32,000 bases of DNA from an uncultured Candidatus Saccharimonas sp. Its GTDB lineage: Bacteria > Patescibacteriota > Saccharimonadia > Saccharimonadales > Saccharimonadaceae. The stretch is taken from NCBI GenBank assembly GCA_963528875.1, contig CAURWT010000001.1:1-32000 (forward strand), read 5' to 3'. Position numbers and translations under genes: made by a program. Shown here in pieces: positions 7,224 to 19,311 of the stretch (the first letter of the stretch is position 1; each line of letters opens with the position of its first letter). The notes beneath the pieces are model-generated. The model did not search any database and was not told the DNA's origin. It saw only the letters and a program-made list of their open reading frames with translations.

Positions 7224-8569
7224 TACTGTTTTTCTCCCATTAATTTCCATTCTTCATCAAGATCAATTTTTCGGCACGAGTCGACCAAAATATTATTTTT
7301 AATCAGAAAAGCTCGACCAATCAACATCTTAAATTTCATTTTAGAACGATCATCTAGTCCAAATAAAGCTTCAAATTCTCTTCCCTCAATTAAAATTTTA
7401 AATTTTACTAAATATCGAGTTTTTGAGCCGCCGTGTGTATTTTTAACTTTTCTCGTTAAATAATCTTGCGTTTCAAAGTACATTCGCTTATCGCCAGCTA
7501 AATTAAAACTTAATATACCATTTTTTTCACAAATATTATCAGCATGAATTACACCAGAAAAAGCACCTGTATCAATTTTTGCAATTACCTCAATATCATC
7601 TAAAGGTCTCTGGTTAACGACTTTCAAAAACTTTACAGTTTCGAATGCACTAAAGATTGTATCTTTTTTGTAGTGGTCACATTCTCTAGATAGAAAATCA
7701 GCATATTTTTTAGTTTTCACATCAACAAAAGATCCTGATGATACTTGTGGCGCATTATTAACTTCCAATAGGTATATCTCATCGCTTCTAGAATCAACCA
7801 TAACATCAACTCCAGCAACTTGAAGCTTTATAATTTCAGCTGCTTTTTTTGAGATTTCTAAAATATCTTTCGATACACTATCTAGCGGTAAAATTTTAGC
7901 TGATCCACCCTGAGATGTATTATTTAAATGCGATTTAGTGTTAGATTTTCGACTAATAGCCATAGTCGGCTCATCCCCGAATACTAATATACGTAAATCT
8001 CCCTCATTAGGTATAAACTCTTGTAGAATAAAATTAATGCCTGGATTGTCATCATGGATTTTTTGAATTTCCTCAGGTGATCTTACTAAAAAATTCAAAC
8101 GCCCCTTTAAGCCTTCGTTGTCTTTTAGAATCGCCTGATCTCCAAACTCAATAAGACGTCTTTTCATCTCATTAAGTTCTCCATAAAAGGAATGCGGCCA
8201 ATTTTTAATTCCTCCAACCCAAAGAGCGAATTGTGTACTCATTTTATTATCGGGAAGAAGCCTGTTTAAATATTCATCTGTATATCTTATATTAAAAAAA
8301 TCACAATAGGCAGCAATTGCATGAGCTTCAGCTGCCATACCACTGATATGCCTCATAACAACTAAATCAAAATCCCTTAAATCGAATTTTTTATTAACAT
8401 CATAAATTGCAATCTTATTCTGACTTAGCTCAAAAAACAAATCCGAAATACCAGAAAATTCTACCGAAAAATTTGGTCCTAGACATTCTGCAACATTACT
8501 AGCAAAAAGCTCTGCTTTCTCTCTTGTGGTACTAGTTTTTGATGGTGTAAGTAATAAAATCTTCTTCAT
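7223..8569 (-). CDS. fusion protein: RimK-like ATP-grasp ligase domain plus C-terminal retropepsin-like domain (putative ATP-dependent zinc protease family, PF05618/COG4067-like)
   Basis: N-terminal ~300 aa carry ATP-grasp signatures (ILQEFIP..GDLRILVFG, GVDVMVD..IYLLEVNNAPQ). The C-terminal ~140 aa carry AKIDTGAFSGVIHA (DTGA), KVKNTHGGSKTRYLV and DRSKMKFKMLIGRAFL..ILVD, as in the small proteins usually encoded next to rimK. Confidence 0.8.
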   Translation of the reverse strand: MKKILLLTPSKTSTTREKAELFASNVAECLGPNFSVEFSGISDLFFELSQNKIAIYDVNKKFDLRDFDLVVMRHISGMAAEAHAIAAYCDFFNIRYTDEYLNRLLPDNKMSTQFALWVGGIKNWPHSFYGELNEMKRRLIEFGDQAILKDNEGLKGRLNFLVRSPEEIQKIHDDNPGINFILQEFIPNEGDLRILVFGDEPTMAISRKSNTKSHLNNTSQGGSAKILPLDSVSKDILEISKKAAEIIKLQVAGVDVMVDSRSDEIYLLEVNNAPQVSSGSFVDVKTKKYADFLSRECDHYKKDTIFSAFETVKFLKVVNQRPLDDIEVIAKIDTGAFSGVIHADNICEKNGILSFNLAGDKRMYFETQDYLTRKVKNTHGGSKTRYLVKFKILIEGREFEALFGLDDRSKMKFKMLIGRAFLIKNNILVDSCRKIDLDEEWKLMGEKQ

Positions 8570-8578
8570 ACTTTACTT

Positions 8579-9289
8579 CTATTTCTTATTCTTATATTTT
8601 CGAATCGCCTCTCGAGCCGCTTCTTGTTGAGCAGTTTGTTTACTTGGGCCTTCACCTTCACCCATTTTTTTATCGCCAACAAAAACGCCAAGAGTGAAAT
8701 TTTTATCGTGGTCTGGGCCATCCTCTTTAAGAACCTTATAAATTGGAGTAAAACCATCCCTTGCTTGTGAAATCTCTTGTAAATAACTCTTCGGGTCGCG
8801 CCAAGATTCTTCCTCCAAAATTTGCGGTAGAGTACTCAAAATATTATCTGTGATATATTTTTTTGCAGCTTCATAACCTTTATCGAGATAGATAGCACCC
8901 GTTGTTGCTTCGAAAGCATTTGCCAAAATCTGCTGGCGAGCCCTTGCGGAACCTTGTTTTTCACCACGGCTCATCCGAATTAGTTTTTCATAGCCGAGTC
9001 TTTCGCCGGCTGCACCAATACTTTCAGTTCTAACCAATGCTGAACGCCAAGCTGTTAAAATTCCCTCGGGTTTATCATAGTTCGAAAATAGAAAATCAGT
9101 AGTAACGAGCTCTAAAACTGCATCGCCCAAAAATTCAAGTCGTTCATTATGCTCGCTTGCCGACTTTTTATGTTCATTTAAATAGCTTCGATGTGTTAAT
9201 GCAGTCACTAATAAATCAATATTTTCGAAATCATAACCAAGTTTCTCTTTCGCCCATTCATGATAGGGCGCCAATAAAATTCCGCTCAT
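8579..9289 (-). CDS. rnc: ribonuclease III
   Basis: RNase III signature NERLEFLGDAVLEL plus a C-terminal dsRBD (KSYLQE...GPDHDK.F...GEGEGPSKQTAQQEAA). The start overlaps the nudix stop as TAATG. Confidence 0.95.
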   Translation of the reverse strand: MSGILLAPYHEWAKEKLGYDFENIDLLVTALTHRSYLNEHKKSASEHNERLEFLGDAVLELVTTDFLFSNYDKPEGILTAWRSALVRTESIGAAGERLGYEKLIRMSRGEKQGSARARQQILANAFEATTGAIYLDKGYEAAKKYITDNILSTLPQILEEESWRDPKSYLQEISQARDGFTPIYKVLKEDGPDHDKNFTLGVFVGDKKMGEGEGPSKQTAQQEAAREAIRKYKNKK

Positions 9290-9786
9290 TATAAGTTCTC
9301 CTGTCTAATTTTTTTCATCGCAAGCAAAATTAACTTACCGATATCTTCATATTCAATCTCATCCAACGCATCAGAAAAACTAAACCATCTAATACCATTC
9401 ATCCAATCTTCTTTTTGAATCGCATCAGTATCACCAAGCGCTTTCACTAAAAAAACTTGAGTCGTCATTAAAACAAGCTTATCAATTCGCCTATATCGAA
9501 AATTGATTTTACCAAGCCAGCCAATAATTTTTACATCATGAAGACCCGCTTCTTCCCCAATTTCACGCTTAGCAGTTTCTTGAGCCGTTTCTCCTTCTTC
9601 GATATGACCTTTCGGAATCGTCCAGCGATCTTTCGAATCTTGAATTAGTAAAATTTCAACTTCATTTTTTTGATTACGACGAAAAATCACGCCACCAGCA
9701 GTTGGTTCACGAACAATTTCCTGAATTGAAGATCGGCGCGTTCTATGAAAATATTTTCGAAAATGTTCAACCTTCTTGTTCGCCAT
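9289..9786 (-). CDS. NUDIX hydrolase
   Basis: Nudix box [28 protein letters not shown] lies 6 nt before ATG 9786, and the gene overlaps the nusB 3' end by 20 nt. Its position beside rnc makes an RppH-like RNA pyrophosphohydrolase role possible (inference). Confidence 0.85.
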   Translation of the reverse strand: MANKKVEHFRKYFHRTRRSSIQEIVREPTAGGVIFRRNQKNEVEILLIQDSKDRWTIPKGHIEEGETAQETAKREIGEEAGLHDVKIIGWLGKINFRYRRIDKLVLMTTQVFLVKALGDTDAIQKEDWMNGIRWFSFSDALDEIEYEDIGKLILLAMKKIRQENL

Positions 9787-10222
9787 TTTGTTCCTCCACA
9801 AAAAGCTTATACGCCGTTCCTAATACGCCGTTAATAAACTTACTTGAATTATCGGAACCAAACGCTTTCGCAAGCTCAACTGCTTCATTTATGGCCACTT
9901 TTGGCGGAACCGTTTCTCGAGAGTAAAGCAATTCATAAAGCCCCATTCTTAAAACATTACGGTCAATTCGCGCAATCTGTGAAATTGGCCATTCTGGTGC
10001 CATTGGCTGAAGTTTTGTATCTAGTTCAACTTGCCTTTCAATAATCCCGTTTAATAAATCTTGAACGAATTGCTTGTCTCCAATCGCTTCTTCATATTGC
10101 TTCATATTCCGAAAAATAATCTCAGTCAAGTCAACAGTTTTATCTTGTGCCTGAGAGCGAAATTCATATTCATAAAGTGTTTGAAGAACAACAATCCTTC
10201 CTAAATGTCTATTCGATGCCAT
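9767..10222 (-). CDS. nusB: transcription antitermination factor NusB
   Basis: Length and sequence typical of NusB ([14 protein letters not shown]..., [12 protein letters not shown]). Promoter at 10244-10271. Confidence 0.9.
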   Translation of the reverse strand: MASNRHLGRIVVLQTLYEYEFRSQAQDKTVDLTEIIFRNMKQYEEAIGDKQFVQDLLNGIIERQVELDTKLQPMAPEWPISQIARIDRNVLRMGLYELLYSRETVPPKVAINEAVELAKAFGSDNSSKFINGVLGTAYKLFVEEQNGEQEG

Positions 10223-10243
10223 TTTTACGTAAGGTTCTTTCCT

Positions 10244-10271
10244 ATATTAAAATATTATTATTTTTTGTCAA
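10244..10271 (-). promoter_or_regulatory. nusB operon promoter TTGACA-16-TAATAT
   Basis: Lies directly after the rpmF terminator. Confidence 0.65.
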
Positions 10272-10273
10272 AT

Positions 10274-10309
10274 GAAAATTAAAACGCCAGCAAATTAAGC
10301 AGCTAGCGT
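10274..10309 (-). terminator. rpmF terminator
   Basis: 8-bp stem 10284-10291/10302-10309 (one G-U, minus sense only). The loop contains the rpmF stop codon. Followed by uuuaauuuu. Confidence 0.65.
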
Positions 10310-10474
10310 TTTGTTTTCTTCGAGTTGCTTGTTTAGAGCTTTACCAGATTGTTTTTTAGTTGTGTAAACTTTCACTGGTGATTTTTTATTAACTCGACGA
10401 GCTAAATCCAATCGCAAGTGACTGCGTCGCAAACCAGTCTTTCGAGGACTACTCTGTTTCTTTGGCTGTGCCAT
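10295..10474 (-). CDS. rpmF: 50S ribosomal protein L32
   Basis: Not in the ORF track (59 aa). MAQPKKQSSPRKTGLRRSHLRL matches the bL32 N-terminal signature. AAGGAG RBS, promoter at 10516-10544, terminator at 10274-10309. Confidence 0.85.
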   Translation of the reverse strand: MAQPKKQSSPRKTGLRRSHLRLDLARRVNKKSPVKVYTTKKQSGKALNKQLEENKTLAA

Positions 10475-10515
10475 TTAAAGTTTCTCCTTAGGTTTATTAT
10501 TTTCCTTCAACATCA

Positions 10516-10544
10516 ATTATACCTTAATTTTAAAGATAAAGCAA
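10516..10544 (-). promoter_or_regulatory. rpmF promoter TTGCTT-17-TATAAT
   Basis: Read on the minus strand. An AAGGAG RBS lies downstream. Confidence 0.65.
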
Positions 10545-10563
10545 GTATTTTATGTATAATATA

Positions 10564-10592
10564 TTGACTTTTTATTTCTTTTATGCTATAAT
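10564..10592 (+). promoter_or_regulatory. promoter TTGACT-17-TATAAT with TGn
   Basis: Contains TTGACTTTTTA. ATG 10602 is 9 nt after the -10. Confidence 0.7.
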
Positions 10593-10601
10593 AAAGTTGT
10601 T

Positions 10602-11153
10602 ATGGAAAAATATCAAAACAAAAATAATCAAATTCAAAATAATGAAATAGTAAAAATTAGTAGAAAGAAGCTAAAACAATTTGGTACTTTAGCGATGGTC
10701 GCCGGAGCGCTTGGTGGTTGGTTTAGCCACGATACTTATAAAAACTATCAAGAAAATCACCCACCAGAGATTTTCCAAAAAAGTCAAACTGAAGGTTTAG
10801 ACAACTCTGAAATGGATTTTTCAAAACTTAAAAAAATTTCAGATGATGGCGGTGTAATCCATCTGCAAAAAGGAGACGCCATAAGAAGCTCAACTAGTAA
10901 ATATTACGAAAACCCTGAAAATTATACTTTCAGTGAATCAAACCACTCAGCAATTGGTATCATGAATGTAGGCAAGGACTTTATTGCTAAGGGTGAGATT
11001 TATCTACAAGATGGAGATAATCCAAAATTAATCACTAGAATTGAAAATTTCGAAACAACCTCAACAGGCGAAAAAACCAATATTGATTTAAATGTTGATA
11101 AAGACGGCTGGGTTGCAGTTGATGCGAACAGAGAAGATTTTCAGCAAAAATAA
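10602..11153 (+). CDS. membrane-anchored or secreted hypothetical protein, 183 aa
   Basis: Consensus promoter at 10564-10592, only 9 nt from the ATG and without an SD. One TM segment (FGTLAMVAGALGGWF). Bidirectional terminator at 11158-11184. Confidence 0.6.
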   Translation: MEKYQNKNNQIQNNEIVKISRKKLKQFGTLAMVAGALGGWFSHDTYKNYQENHPPEIFQKSQTEGLDNSEMDFSKLKKISDDGGVIHLQKGDAIRSSTSKYYENPENYTFSESNHSAIGIMNVGKDFIAKGEIYLQDGDNPKLITRIENFETTSTGEKTNIDLNVDKDGWVAVDANREDFQQK

Positions 11154-11157
11154 TAAG

Positions 11158-11184
11158 ATGGAGGAATAAACCTCCATTTTATTA
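11158..11184. terminator. bidirectional terminator between ORF 10602-11153 and leuS
   Basis: atggagg-aataaa-cctccat followed by tttatta. Confidence 0.7.
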
Positions 11185-13623
11185 TTTAACAACAAAGTTA
11201 ATTAATTTATTCGGAATGAAAATTTCTTTCAAAATCTCCTTGTCTTGCAAGAATTTCGAAACATTATCTTCTGCTTTTGCAGCAGCAAGAATCTTATCCT
11301 TTTCAGAGTTTGCCGAGACTTTAATTTTCCCGCGGAGTTTTCCATTAACTTGCACAATAATTTGAATTTCATTAGTTTTCAAAAGCTCTTCATTCCATTT
11401 TGGCCAGCCAGATTTTTCGATAAAGTCATTATTTCCAAGCTGCTGCCAGAGTTCGCTTGAAATATGTGGAGCAAATGGAACAAGCATTTTAAGTAAATCT
11501 TCTAGAACAAATCGCCAATCATTCGAAAAACCTTCGAGCTTCAATTTATAAAGCTCATTTACGAATTCCATCAAAGCCGCCACGGCCGTATTCAAACTTT
11601 CGCGATGAAAGTCTTCAGTAACTTTCTTGATGGTTTTATGCTGGATTTTTTGGACTTCAGCAAAATTCGAAAGATTTTCAGTAGATTTTTCGGATTTAAT
11701 AAATTCTTGAACTAAAACCCAAACACGATTCAGAAAACGATAAACTCCAGCTATCCCTCGTGAATCCCAAGAAGCATCAACTTCATATGGAGCAATAAAC
11801 ATTTCATAAGTTCGAAGTGAATCTGCACCATATCCTTGGTCGATGACTTCAAGCGGATCAATAGTATTCCCCTTTGATTTACTCATTTTCGAACCATCTT
11901 CGGCATTAATATATCCGTGATAAAGGAGTTTTTTAACTGGTTCAGCAAAATTAGTTAACCCTAAATCTTTAAAAACATGAGTCCAAAAACGAATATATAA
12001 CAAATGCGCAACCGCGTGGTCACCACCAACATAATAATCAACTGGCGCCCAGTAATTTACAAGCTCAGGATCCCAAGCTTGCGTAGAATTTTGAGGATCA
12101 GCATATCGCAAAAGATACCAGCTTGAACAGGCGTAGCCATCCATTGTATCAGTTTCACGAGTCATTTTTTCACCGTTAATTTCAACTGTAATAAATTCTT
12201 CACTCTTTGCAAGGGCCGACTTTCCAGAATCATCAGGTTTAAAATCGCTCAAAGTTGGAAGCATCACAGGCAATTGATCCTCGGGAATCAAATGCTCTTT
12301 TCCATCTTTATCATAAGCAATTGGAATCGGACAGCCCCAATAGCGCTGGCGAGAGATCAGCCAATCTCGCATTTTATATGTAGTTTTCGAACAACCAATT
12401 CCAGACTCTTCAATCCAGCCTAAAATCTGTTCACGAACATCCTCTGATTTTTGACCGTTAAATTCACCAGAGTTAACCATAACTCCTTCTCCATGATAGC
12501 AAGAATCATCATCCGCCATATCCTCAGGCTTCTCAACAACTTTTACAATATCCAAATCGAATTTTTTAGCAAATTCAAAATCTCGCTCATCATGAGCAGG
12601 AACTGCCATAACAGCCCCTTCACCATAGCCTCCAAGCACGTAATCACTCACCCAAATTGGGATTTTCTTACCATTTGCCGGATTTATTGCATAACTTCCA
12701 GTAAAGATTCCCGTCTTTTCTTTATTCTCTTGGCGTTCAATTTCAGATTTTTTAAGCGACTCTTTCTTATATTCCTCAACCTTTTCTCTAGTTAAATCGG
12801 TTGAAAGTTTTTCGAGTAATTCATGTTCTGGAGCAATAGTTAGAAAAGTTACACCGAAAATCGTATCTGGCCGCGTAGTGAAAACTTTAATTTTTTCACC
12901 TTTAGCTTCACCATCAGCAACCTCAAATTCAACCTCAGCGCCTTCAGATTTACCGATCCAGTTTCGTTGCATTGTTTTGATTTTTTCAGGCCAATCAAGA
13001 TTATCAATATCAGCCAAAAGTTCGTCAGCATATGCAGTAATTTTAAAAAACCACTGAGTCATTTGTTTTTTTGAAACTTCTTCGCCACAACGCCAGCATC
13101 GGCCATTTTCGACCTGCTCATTTGCAAGAACTGTTTTATCGTTATCACACCACCACTGATAGCTTTCTTTTCGGTAAGCTAGACCTTTTTTATAGAGCTC
13201 ACGAAAAATCCACTGCGTCCATTTGTAATATTCTGGGTTTGAAGTGTTAATTTCTCGTGACCAATCGATTGAAATTCCAAGTCGCTTGAACTGTTTTTTA
13301 AAATTAGTAATATTTGTTTTTGTAGCTTCTTGTGGAGAGATTCCAGTTTTAATTGCGTAATTTTCTGCAGGCAAGCCAAAAGTATCCCAGCCAATCGGGT
13401 TTAAAACATTTTTACCCTGCTGGCGATAAAAACGCGCGATCGAATCAACAATCGTATAGCTCCTTGCGTGCCCAGTGTGAAGGCCTGCCCCACTTGGATA
13501 CGGAAACATTCCTGAAATATACATTTTCTGTTTCGAAGAATCCGCTTTAACCTCATAAAGCTTTGATTCATCCCATTTTTTTTGCCACTTTTCTTCAATT
13601 TCAATCGGATTATATCTTTTCAT
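11182..13623 (-). CDS. leuS: leucine--tRNA ligase
   Basis: 813 aa with class I HIGH-type (HTGH in PYPSGAGLHTGHAR) and KMSKS motifs and a CP1 editing domain. Promoter at 13634-13662. Confidence 0.97.
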   Translation of the reverse strand: MKRYNPIEIEEKWQKKWDESKLYEVKADSSKQKMYISGMFPYPSGAGLHTGHARSYTIVDSIARFYRQQGKNVLNPIGWDTFGLPAENYAIKTGISPQEATKTNITNFKKQFKRLGISIDWSREINTSNPEYYKWTQWIFRELYKKGLAYRKESYQWWCDNDKTVLANEQVENGRCWRCGEEVSKKQMTQWFFKITAYADELLADIDNLDWPEKIKTMQRNWIGKSEGAEVEFEVADGEAKGEKIKVFTTRPDTIFGVTFLTIAPEHELLEKLSTDLTREKVEEYKKESLKKSEIERQENKEKTGIFTGSYAINPANGKKIPIWVSDYVLGGYGEGAVMAVPAHDERDFEFAKKFDLDIVKVVEKPEDMADDDSCYHGEGVMVNSGEFNGQKSEDVREQILGWIEESGIGCSKTTYKMRDWLISRQRYWGCPIPIAYDKDGKEHLIPEDQLPVMLPTLSDFKPDDSGKSALAKSEEFITVEINGEKMTRETDTMDGYACSSWYLLRYADPQNSTQAWDPELVNYWAPVDYYVGGDHAVAHLLYIRFWTHVFKDLGLTNFAEPVKKLLYHGYINAEDGSKMSKSKGNTIDPLEVIDQGYGADSLRTYEMFIAPYEVDASWDSRGIAGVYRFLNRVWVLVQEFIKSEKSTENLSNFAEVQKIQHKTIKKVTEDFHRESLNTAVAALMEFVNELYKLKLEGFSNDWRFVLEDLLKMLVPFAPHISSELWQQLGNNDFIEKSGWPKWNEELLKTNEIQIIVQVNGKLRGKIKVSANSEKDKILAAAKAEDNVSKFLQDKEILKEIFIPNKLINFVVK

Positions 13624-13633
13624 ACTATTTTAA

Positions 13634-13662
13634 ATTATACCAAAAATAGCATAAAAAATCAA
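13634..13662 (-). promoter_or_regulatory. leuS promoter TTGATT-17-TATAAT with TGn
   Basis: ATG 13623 is 10 nt after the -10 with no SD. Confidence 0.7.
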
Positions 13663-13666
13663 AAAA

Positions 13667-17216
<3,550 letters not shown>

Positions 17217-17217
<1 letters not shown>

Positions 17218-18089
17218 TAGAACCTCGCACTATTTTCTTTTAATCTCTTAATCCTGTCATCTAAAGGTGGATGTGTTGAAAATAATCTCTGAAAAAAGCC
17301 CTGTTTCATAGGATTGGAAATAAATAAGCTCGCCGTTGTTGAGTTTTGTCTTTCAAGAGGCTTGTTATTTTTCAACTTTTCAAGAGCACTGATTAAGCCA
17401 TCTGGATACCTAGTTAATGAAACAGCGGTTGCGTCAGCTAAAAATTCACGCTGACGAGAAATTGCAAGTCTTGTTATTGTAGCTAAAAGTGGCGAAATCA
17501 AAACAAAAAATAGCCCCAATACTAAAGCGATTGGATTTTTCGAATCCTCATCGTCGTCATTCAGAAAAATGAACCTTAAAACAATATCGGAAAGTACCCC
17601 AATAACAGCAGTTAAAGCAACTGCCGCCATTAAAACACGAATATCATAATTCTTAATATGTGAAATTTCATGAGCCATCACGCCTTCAATTTCAACCTTA
17701 TCCATATTCTCAAGAAGCCCCGTTGTTGCACAGATTACAGAATTCTCAGGATTAGTTCCGGCTGCAAAAGCATTCATTGAAGAATCATTGATGATATAAA
17801 GCTTTGGCATTGGTAGGCCAGCAGTAATAGATAATGATTCAACTATTGAATAAAATTCAGGAGCATCTTTTTTTGAGATCGGCTCAGCACCATTCATTTT
17901 TAAAGTAATGGCTGTCGAAATCTTATACTGAAATAATGCATAAAAAATAGTAAAAATTAGCGTAAAAATAAAAATTATTAAATCGTTATAGATGTAAGAA
18001 AAATATAGCCCAATCCCAGAAATAATCGCAATAAATAATGAGAAAATAATCACAGTATTACGCTTATTCTGAGAAATTGAGCTATACAT
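17217..18089 (-). CDS. htpX: M48-family zinc metalloprotease HtpX
   Basis: HEISH zinc motif (MAHEISHIKNYD), N-terminal TM helices and the C-terminal THPPLDDRI motif. Confidence 0.9.
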
Positions 18090-18114
18090 ATTTAATAAAA
18101 CCTCTAAAAATAAA

Positions 18115-18678
18115 TTAGAACTTTACTTGAGGCGCAGATTCGACTACTTTTCTATCTTCTACTTCGAAGAATTCCCTCTTTTCAAAACCTAATTTTTTAG
18201 CAAAAATATTAGTTGGGAATACTTTAATCTTAATATTAAGATCTCGAACACCACCATTATAAAATCGGCGTGCACCTTGAATTTTATCTTCAATTTCTTG
18301 CTGTTGTTGTTGAAATCGTATAAATCCCTCGTTAGCCTTTAGCTCAGGGTAGTTTTCAGCAACAGCAAACAAACGGCCGAGCGCCTGTGAAAGTTCACCT
18401 TCAGCTTTAGCAGCATCAGAAACATTGTTTCCAGCGCCTATCAATCCAGCTCGTGCACTACTTACATTTTCGAAAACTTCTTTCTCATGAGTTGCATAAC
18501 CTTTTACAGTCTCAACAAGATTAGGGATTAAATCTGCTCGGTATTTTAGCTGAACAGCGATATCACTCCAAGCTTCTTCAACTCTTTCATTAAGCCGCAC
18601 AAGTGCGTTGTATTGGCTCCAAACAAAAAGCCCAACAAGGACAAGAACAGCAATAATTACAATAATTGCAATTGTCAT
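18115..18678 (-). CDS. lemA: LemA family protein
   Basis: N-terminal TM segment followed by the LemA core (YNALV.L.E.V..AWS.I..QL.RR.DLIPNLV). AGGAGAG RBS before ATG 18678. The track start at 18738 runs into tRNA-Leu and is rejected. Confidence 0.9.
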   Translation of the reverse strand: MTIAIIVIIAVLVLVGLFVWSQYNALVRLNERVEEAWSDIAVQLKYRADLIPNLVETVKGYATHEKEVFENVSSARAGLIGAGNNVSDAAKAEGELSQALGRLFAVAENYPELKANEGFIRFQQQQQEIEDKIQGARRFYNGGVRDLNIKIKVFPTNIFAKKLGFEKREFFEVEDRKVVESAPQVKF

Positions 18679-18708
18679 TTTATTATACTCTCCTACTATT
18701 GTTAAATT

Positions 18709-18797
18709 TGGTGCGCGAGGCGGGAATCGAACCCGCACGACTTGTTTAGGTCAAGGGATTTTAAGTCCCTCGCGTCTACCAATTCCGCCACTCGCGC
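18709..18797 (-). tRNA. tRNA-Leu (anticodon UAA), long variable arm, CCA encoded
   Basis: Minus strand GCGCGAGTGGCGGAATTGGTAGACGCGAGGGACTTAAAATCCCT...GGTTCGATTCCCGCCTCGCGCACCA folds by hand into a class II cloverleaf. Confidence 0.95.
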
Positions 18798-18805
18798 ATA
18801 TTTAT

Positions 18806-18834
18806 ATTTTACACGCCTTAACCACAAAAGTCAA
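18806..18834 (-). promoter_or_regulatory. tRNA-Leu promoter TTGACT-17-TAAAAT
   Basis: The -10 ends 8 nt before the mature tRNA 5' nucleotide (18797). Confidence 0.65.
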
Positions 18835-18848
18835 GGCGTGTTATAAAC

Positions 18849-19160
18849 TTAAGCTTCATCTTTATCAAGAAGTGGAGCAATAATCATAATGAATAGAGAA
18901 AAAGCACCAAGTACTAAGAACGTAGCCCAAGCTTTACCCATTAATTCACCTAGATTATTATCTACCCAAATATATACTAGGCTAATTAAAGCACAAACCA
19001 TAGCCGTAAAAATATTGAACCAAATACAAATTTGTCGAATACTTTTTACTGTTTGACTATATTTCTTCTTTTTTGATACTGGAGCAACAACTACCGGGCG
19101 AGCATTTGATTCATTCTCACCTTTTCGAATTTCTACAATTCTTTGATTTTCTTCTTTCAT
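18849..19160 (-). CDS. small membrane protein, about 103 aa, two TM segments
   Basis: ATG 19160 follows AAGGAAA. The track start at 19193 overlaps tRNA-Cys. Lies between two tRNA genes on the same strand. Confidence 0.6.
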   Translation of the reverse strand: MKEENQRIVEIRKGENESNARPVVVAPVSKKKKYSQTVKSIRQICIWFNIFTAMVCALISLVYIWVDNNLGELMGKAWATFLVLGAFSLFIMIIAPLLDKDEA

Positions 19161-19184
19161 ATGTTTTCCTTTACTTAAATATTT

Positions 19185-19258
19185 TGGAGGCACCTACCGG
19201 ATTTGAACCGGTGTAAACGGTTTTGCAGACCGCTGCGTAACCACTCCGCCAAGGCGCC
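19185..19258 (-). tRNA. tRNA-Cys (anticodon GCA), CCA encoded
   Basis: Minus strand GGCGCCTTGGCGGAGTGGTTACGCAGCGGTCTGCAAAACCGT...GGTTCAAATCCGGTAGGTGCCTCCA. All four arms were paired by hand. Discriminator U as expected for Cys. Confidence 0.95.
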
Positions 19259-19274
19259 AAAGTGATATAAAATG

Positions 19275-19283
19275 ATTATACCA
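19275..19283 (-). promoter_or_regulatory. extended -10 element TGgTATAAT upstream of tRNA-Cys
   Basis: attatacca at 19275-19283 on the plus strand. The -35 is poor (TTTATT). 16 nt from the -10 to the tRNA 5' end. Confidence 0.5.
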
Positions 19284-19311
19284 CATATTTTTTAAAAAAT
19301 AAACAATAGCA

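Noticed and set aside
2385-8569. Idea that the 38-aa peptide (T/S- and D/E-containing C-terminus) is a graspetide- or LysW-like substrate of the ATP-grasp pair.
   Set aside because: The genes are about 4 kb apart on opposite strands, separated by glgP and rpsP. The peptide lacks a recognisable leader/core repeat or a LysW-type EDWGE tail. This is pure speculation without experimental or comparative support.
8566-8757. ORF 8566-8757 (minus strand), and ORF 6189-6464 (plus strand).
   Set aside because: Both are alternative-frame overlaps with rnc and rimK respectively, and nothing supports them.
18679-18738. N-terminal extensions of lemA (to 18738) and of the small membrane protein (19161-19193) in the ORF track.
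   Set aside because: The extensions run through tRNA-Leu and tRNA-Cys respectively. Internal ATGs with good RBS (18678, 19160) give sensible N-termini.
18811-18841. 9-bp hairpin acacgcctt/aaggcgtgt after the small membrane-protein gene, considered as a terminator.
   Set aside because: No U-tract follows on either strand. The arms flank the -35 and spacer of the consensus tRNA-Leu promoter, so it is more likely promoter-associated or coincidental.
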